A DNA stretch of 64,000 nucleotides from Podarcis melisellensis (lineage: Eukaryota), in the NCBI GenBank assembly GCA_964234715.1, contig OZ174278.1; one strand, given 5' to 3'. The position numbers and the translations under genes are program-made. The notes under the pieces were generated by a model. It was not told the origin of the DNA. It saw only the letters and a list, made by a program, of their open reading frames with translations, and ran no database searches. Within the stretch, counting starts at the first letter, position 1. Each line of letters starts with the position of its first letter. Below are positions 61,355 to 64,000 of this stretch, piece by piece.

Positions 61355-63485
61355 AAAAAAGAGGTCTGTCAGCCTGTTGGAAAGAAATTTTTAGCAGTGA
61401 ACGTGAAGCTGCAAAAGCACTGTTGCAAACTGCTGAACTCTCCAAATTGTAGAAAACAATTGTGTTAACAGCTTGGGAGAAATAACACCGGTTCAAATCT
61501 CGGAATGCCGTGTGAATTGAAGACACAGGTTCACGTGCAAATAAGACAGGAAGGTGAAAATAGTGGCAATACCAAAATATTTCAGAAGTGCCTCCTCCTT
61601 AAATTACAAAGTGTGTTCTCTTTTGACGAAGGTGTGAACACTTGCATGTGAATTCAGGAAGCAATATCATCTAAAAGGTGATTGACTGCATTATCCGTAC
61701 CGTAATTGTAGTCCGAGTGGTATTAGATGATTGGCAGAAGTATCTAGTTGGAAGTTGCCAGTAGCAGTTGCCTAGGAACTGATCAACACACACCCTGAAT
61801 GTACTGTAGTTGCCTCTACCTTGAATTCGCCTTTTGTAGTAAAGTATTGACCTGTGACCACACTTTTAATTGTAAACTGCATAACTTGCAACCAATGATC
61901 TAATAATCTCTACCATAGCCTTCCTGCAAGTTCTGCTACCTTCTACCAGAGCTGTGTTTGTAATTCCTTCAAGAGAGCTAGCATTAAGCTAGAGAAAGGA
62001 CCGTCTTGGTGAATTTTCCCTTCGATCTGCTCCCTGGGTGCTATCATACTTTCCGAAACACATCCGTCTTCCTGTAAACCCCCTGAACATTAGAAGCTTC
62101 CAAGGTATCTAGTAAAAAAAAAAATCCCTTCAAAATGTGCCCTCGTTAATTTTTGGCAGGGAACTTCGACAAACTTCATGATTTTTCACAGTACCTTTGT
62201 GCTTGCTTAAAAGTTGTTTCTTATATTTTCCCTCCTTGTCTTGTTTTCTGTTGATAGCTGAAGTTACCGGCAGTTGAGCATAAACAGGAAACTTATTTTG
62301 TTCTGCTGATTTACTGTTTCAGCACTTTCCATGTTTAAATTCTGTTCTCTACAGCACCGCTGACATTCTTATTTGGTGTTTTGTTTTGGTTGGAGGACTT
62401 TTCTGGCAGAATTCAACATGGTACACTTAGCCCTTGAAATGAAAGGTCAGGTTGTCTGCTCTTTTAATAATCAACGTCTGTCAAGTGAGCAGACGCATTA
62501 ATTGAAAAACATGACGAAAGCCAACATTTAATTTTTTTTTCTCTTAGGCTGATTGGTCTGGCAGCCTAAGAGAAGTGGGGCTTAGGGTATCTATGGTCTG
62601 AAAAGCTTTGCAGAAAAATGATCCAGACATGTTTATTGATTATGATAAGGAGGAGAAGGCATTCCGTTCTCCCCTCTAAACAAACATGCAAAAACCTGTT
62701 TTCCATTATAAGCCTGCTGTCTAAGGCTTCCATATATATAAAAAAATCATTTTGTAAGTGAAATTAAATCTTCTTTAAAAAAAAAATTCACGGATCATAC
62801 CAGTTGTTTGCTTTTGTGGCCTTTTATCTACTGCTTTCGAGATCTCCTTTCTTCTTTTCAGTCACTGAGATTGCTTTGTGACTCCAGTGAGCTGATAATC
62901 AGCAGATTTCTGCTCCTTTGGCTTGTTGCTGTAGTTAATTTCAAAGAGAATCAATGACAGAGGGTGTTCAGAAAGCTGTATGCGTAAGTCATGCAGTGTC
63001 ATACATAGCTGAAGGCCTGGTGTTCGGTAGCGCCTTAATTTTGCAGCTCTGGAATGATTGTATCAACAAAGCACCCACAAAAACCAGATCCTGGAGCTTG
63101 TGACCAGTTTTTTGTGTGTTTTTTTAAAAAAGAAAACGTATTTTATGTAGATAAAACTTGAAACAAAATCCTTATCTGTTTTGAAACTAGTTGAAGAAAT
63201 GTGTGTATGTCTACGTGTGTGTGTGTGTGTGGGTGTATGTGTATATATGTACAAATATAAATTATTAATCGCATTTTTGTACTTGGTTAAAAAGAAGATG
63301 AAAGACAGGTATGTGTTACAACTATGTTTGGCACTTCTTGTTATATGAAACAAAAGCCAAACCCCTTTTTTAAAATAAAAATAAAAAATTGCTGCAATGT
63401 TCATTTCATGTATATTTGGAATATTCATGGGGAAATGTATTTATGTGATATTTGGAATAAATAAATTCTGTTCAAAAGTGTCATC
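59923..63485 (+). other. Probable long LONRF2 3' UTR ending near AATAAA signals
   Basis: AT-rich stretch with no recognisable transposons after the stop; AATAAA cluster near 63373 and at 63456-63465. The end point is inferred. Confidence 0.55.
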
Positions 63486-64000
63486 TGTCCTTTTGCTAAT
63501 TTTTCATCAGGAGTCAACTGTTGTATTATATCCCTTATTGAGAGAACCAGTAGCTCAAGTTATGCATTTCAGGAAATGCTAATAGGTGGTTTAGTGCTAC
63601 ACATGAGCTGCAGGGAGCCCAAAGCAAAGCCCTGGGTTCGAATGCACACACTCTCTCCACCACCTCTGTGGCTGGGAGACACTTAGTTTTCACTTTTTAA
63701 AGAATCCTTTTGTTATGCGTGGCCCAGATTACAGTTTGAAACAAAACCGATCAGTTTCTTTTTTTTAAAAAAAAGCCATCTTCAAACCATGGGTTATGAG
63801 GCTGATGTATTTAATTAAGCAAAGTTTTGTTTCAGACCACTCTATATCTGGTTTGTGCATAACAAGAAGTCATTAAAGGCTGTTACGCATGTTCAATAAC
63901 CTGCATGTTGTTTGAATTCTCCTGAAGCTTTTTGAGTATTTAGTGTTAATCCGCATTTGCAGATTAAAGTCTTCTCTAAGCGCTGACACATGTAGCTTAC

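Overview
Vertebrate genomic DNA from a squamate reptile, most likely a lacertid lizard, inferred from Sauria SINEs, BovB/RTE, Squam-type SINEs and lizard L2/CR1 tails. Two intact protein-coding genes lie on the + strand in the same order as in mammals. CHST10 (HNK-1 sulfotransferase) has 5 coding exons at 3508-11440 and encodes 358 aa. LONRF2 (TPR/RING/Lon-N E3 ligase) has 12 coding exons at 24290-59922, encodes 787 aa, and has a CpG-island promoter and a roughly 3.5 kb 3' UTR. I traced all exons by hand through GT-AG junctions, and the reading frames join without stops. The standout feature is a 1,971-bp non-autonomous hAT (Charlie/Buster-type) DNA transposon in LONRF2 intron 1 (43135-45105). 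It has perfect 15-bp TIRs, a perfect 8-bp TSD and a C-terminal transposase remnant. It carries a captured genomic fragment of an unrelated host gene, AHSA1 (Hsp90 co-chaperone Aha1): CpG-rich promoter/5' UTR with a heat-shock-element-like motif, the complete first coding exon, its splice donor and probable intron 1. This Pack-hAT sits in sense orientation about 1 kb upstream of LONRF2 exon 2 and could act as a transplanted alternative promoter/first exon. The rest is ordinary intronic and intergenic DNA with SINEs, LINE fragments, MITEs, microsatellites and a 155-N gap. Gene and repeat-family names come from recognition of the sequences, not from database searches.
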